Both the position numbers and the translations under genes were made by a program. A DNA stretch of 41,613 bases, taken from NCBI GenBank assembly GCA_038061595.1, contig JBBTYZ010000015.1, positions 1 to 41,613 on the forward strand, in the 5' to 3' direction. This document shows, one piece after another, positions 41,094-41,613 of the stretch. Every line of letters starts with the position of its first letter. The first letter of the stretch is position 1. Below the pieces are notes generated by a model, which ran no database searches, was not told where the DNA came from, and worked only from the letters and a program-made list of their open reading frames with translations. The stretch comes from Patescibacteria group bacterium (GTDB lineage Bacteria > Patescibacteriota > Minisyncoccia > UBA6257 > GWB1-50-10).

Positions 41094-41613
41094 CTAGAGA
41101 TGATTCTTGTTGTTGATATAATCCAAAGCCTGGAGCAAACCATTAATATCTTCCTTATAACTGAAGCGCTGAACAATCTTGAAAGACTCTCTGCCAAAAC
41201 TATTCAACTTATTTTTATCGGCCATTAGATTGTCTAAAAACCCAGTGAGCTCCTCAACGTTACCAAGCTCGAAAATAAAACCGTTTTGGCCGTGATGGAC
41301 CAAACTTTTACCGCAACCAACCATATTAGAAACAATAACCGGTAGACTAAAACACATCGCTTCGTTTACCACCAAGCCCCAGGTTTCTCCGACGCCAGAT
41401 GGCAACACAAAAATATCAGCCGCCGCATAAAACTTTGGCAATTCGGTTTGATTCTGGAACCCAACGAAATGCACATTTTTGACATCTCTTTCGTCAACGT
41501 ATTTCTCTAAGGCTGTCTTAAGAATACCGTCTCCAACGAACACAAGAACTTTGTTGCTGTCTTTGAGATTTTCATAAGCCATCAACAGATCCATTGGTCT
41601 TTTCTTGTCTATC
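41094..41613 (-). CDS. GT4 glycosyltransferase, C-terminal part only (5' end beyond the right window edge)
   Basis: The frame stays open to nt 41613 (..IDKKRPMDLL..). It has the GT4 C-terminal motif FVLPSGVGETWGLVVNEAMCFSLPVIVSNMVGC. Confidence 0.8.
   Translation of the reverse strand, partial: IDKKRPMDLLMAYENLKDSNKVLVFVGDGILKTALEKYVDERDVKNVHFVGFQNQTELPKFYAAADIFVLPSGVGETWGLVVNEAMCFSLPVIVSNMVGCGKSLVHHGQNGFIFELGNVEELTGFLDNLMADKNKLNSFGRESFKIVQRFSYKEDINGLLQALDYINNKNHL

Noticed and set aside
1-41613. Search for CRISPR arrays, tandem or inverted terminal repeats, transposases, integrases, toxin-antitoxin or defence-system genes, and alternative genetic code (UGA recoding)
   Set aside because: No spaced direct repeats and no recombinase or nuclease families were seen in any ORF. 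All family-assigned genes are full length under the standard code, with TGA, TAA and TAG all used as stops. Nothing therefore supports mobile, defence or recoded content in this window.

Overview
Gene-dense 41.6-kb bacterial window: about 43 CDS, very little non-coding DNA, and the standard genetic code (TGA is used as a stop, including TGATG/ATGA stop-start overlaps). No rRNA, CRISPR array, transposase, integrase, phage or recognisable defence genes were seen. The left 2.5 kb is a minus-strand thiol-redox housekeeping module: a tRNA 5' fragment at the window edge, trxB, a glutaredoxin-like gene, a 55-aa SPW-repeat membrane ORF missing from the ORF track, a CxxC...CxxC zinc-ribbon protein and a membrane-anchored DsbA-like protein. 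The remaining ~39 kb is one continuous surface-glycan biosynthesis supercluster. A 7-kb plus-strand module (Wzx-type flippase, DUF502-like membrane protein, WbaP-type initiating phosphoglycosyltransferase, AsnB-type amidotransferase, Gfo/Idh/MocA oxidoreductase) converges on a ~32-kb array of 33 co-directional minus-strand genes that runs off the right edge, overlapping it by 32 nt. From family signatures the array appears to encode four pathways. (a) A complete GDP-D-glycero-alpha-D-manno-heptose route (gmhA, hddA, gmhB, hddC) with cupin epimerase and SDR tailoring enzymes. (b) Two GDP-mannose 4,6-dehydratase paralogs plus a TylCIII-type C-methyltransferase and an atypical GME-like SDR, suggesting a C-methyl branched 6-deoxy sugar. 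(c) An RmlB-like 4,6-dehydratase, an E1/ColD-type (Lys->His) 3-dehydrase, a split transketolase and an SDR, suggesting a yersiniose-like two-carbon-branched 3,6-dideoxy sugar. (d) WecB for ManNAc. The array also carries 3 FkbM and 2 class I methyltransferases, about 7 glycosyltransferases and a second flippase. The most unusual items are a plant-type RGP/GT75-like protein (possible nucleotide-sugar pyranose-furanose mutase), a GME-family SDR lacking the catalytic Cys/Tyr/Lys, a nucleotide-sugar dehydrogenase homolog lacking both GxGxxG and the catalytic Cys, and an orphan 195-aa protein closing the array. No Wzy polymerase, chain-length regulator, ligase/oligosaccharyltransferase or ABC exporter is present. 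Most genes lack a Shine-Dalgarno sequence. The small Zn-ribbon and redox proteins are compatible with an uncultivated small-genome (CPR/Patescibacteria-like) bacterium, but that lineage call is inference only. All functional calls rest on motifs read by eye and on recalled family knowledge; no searches were run.
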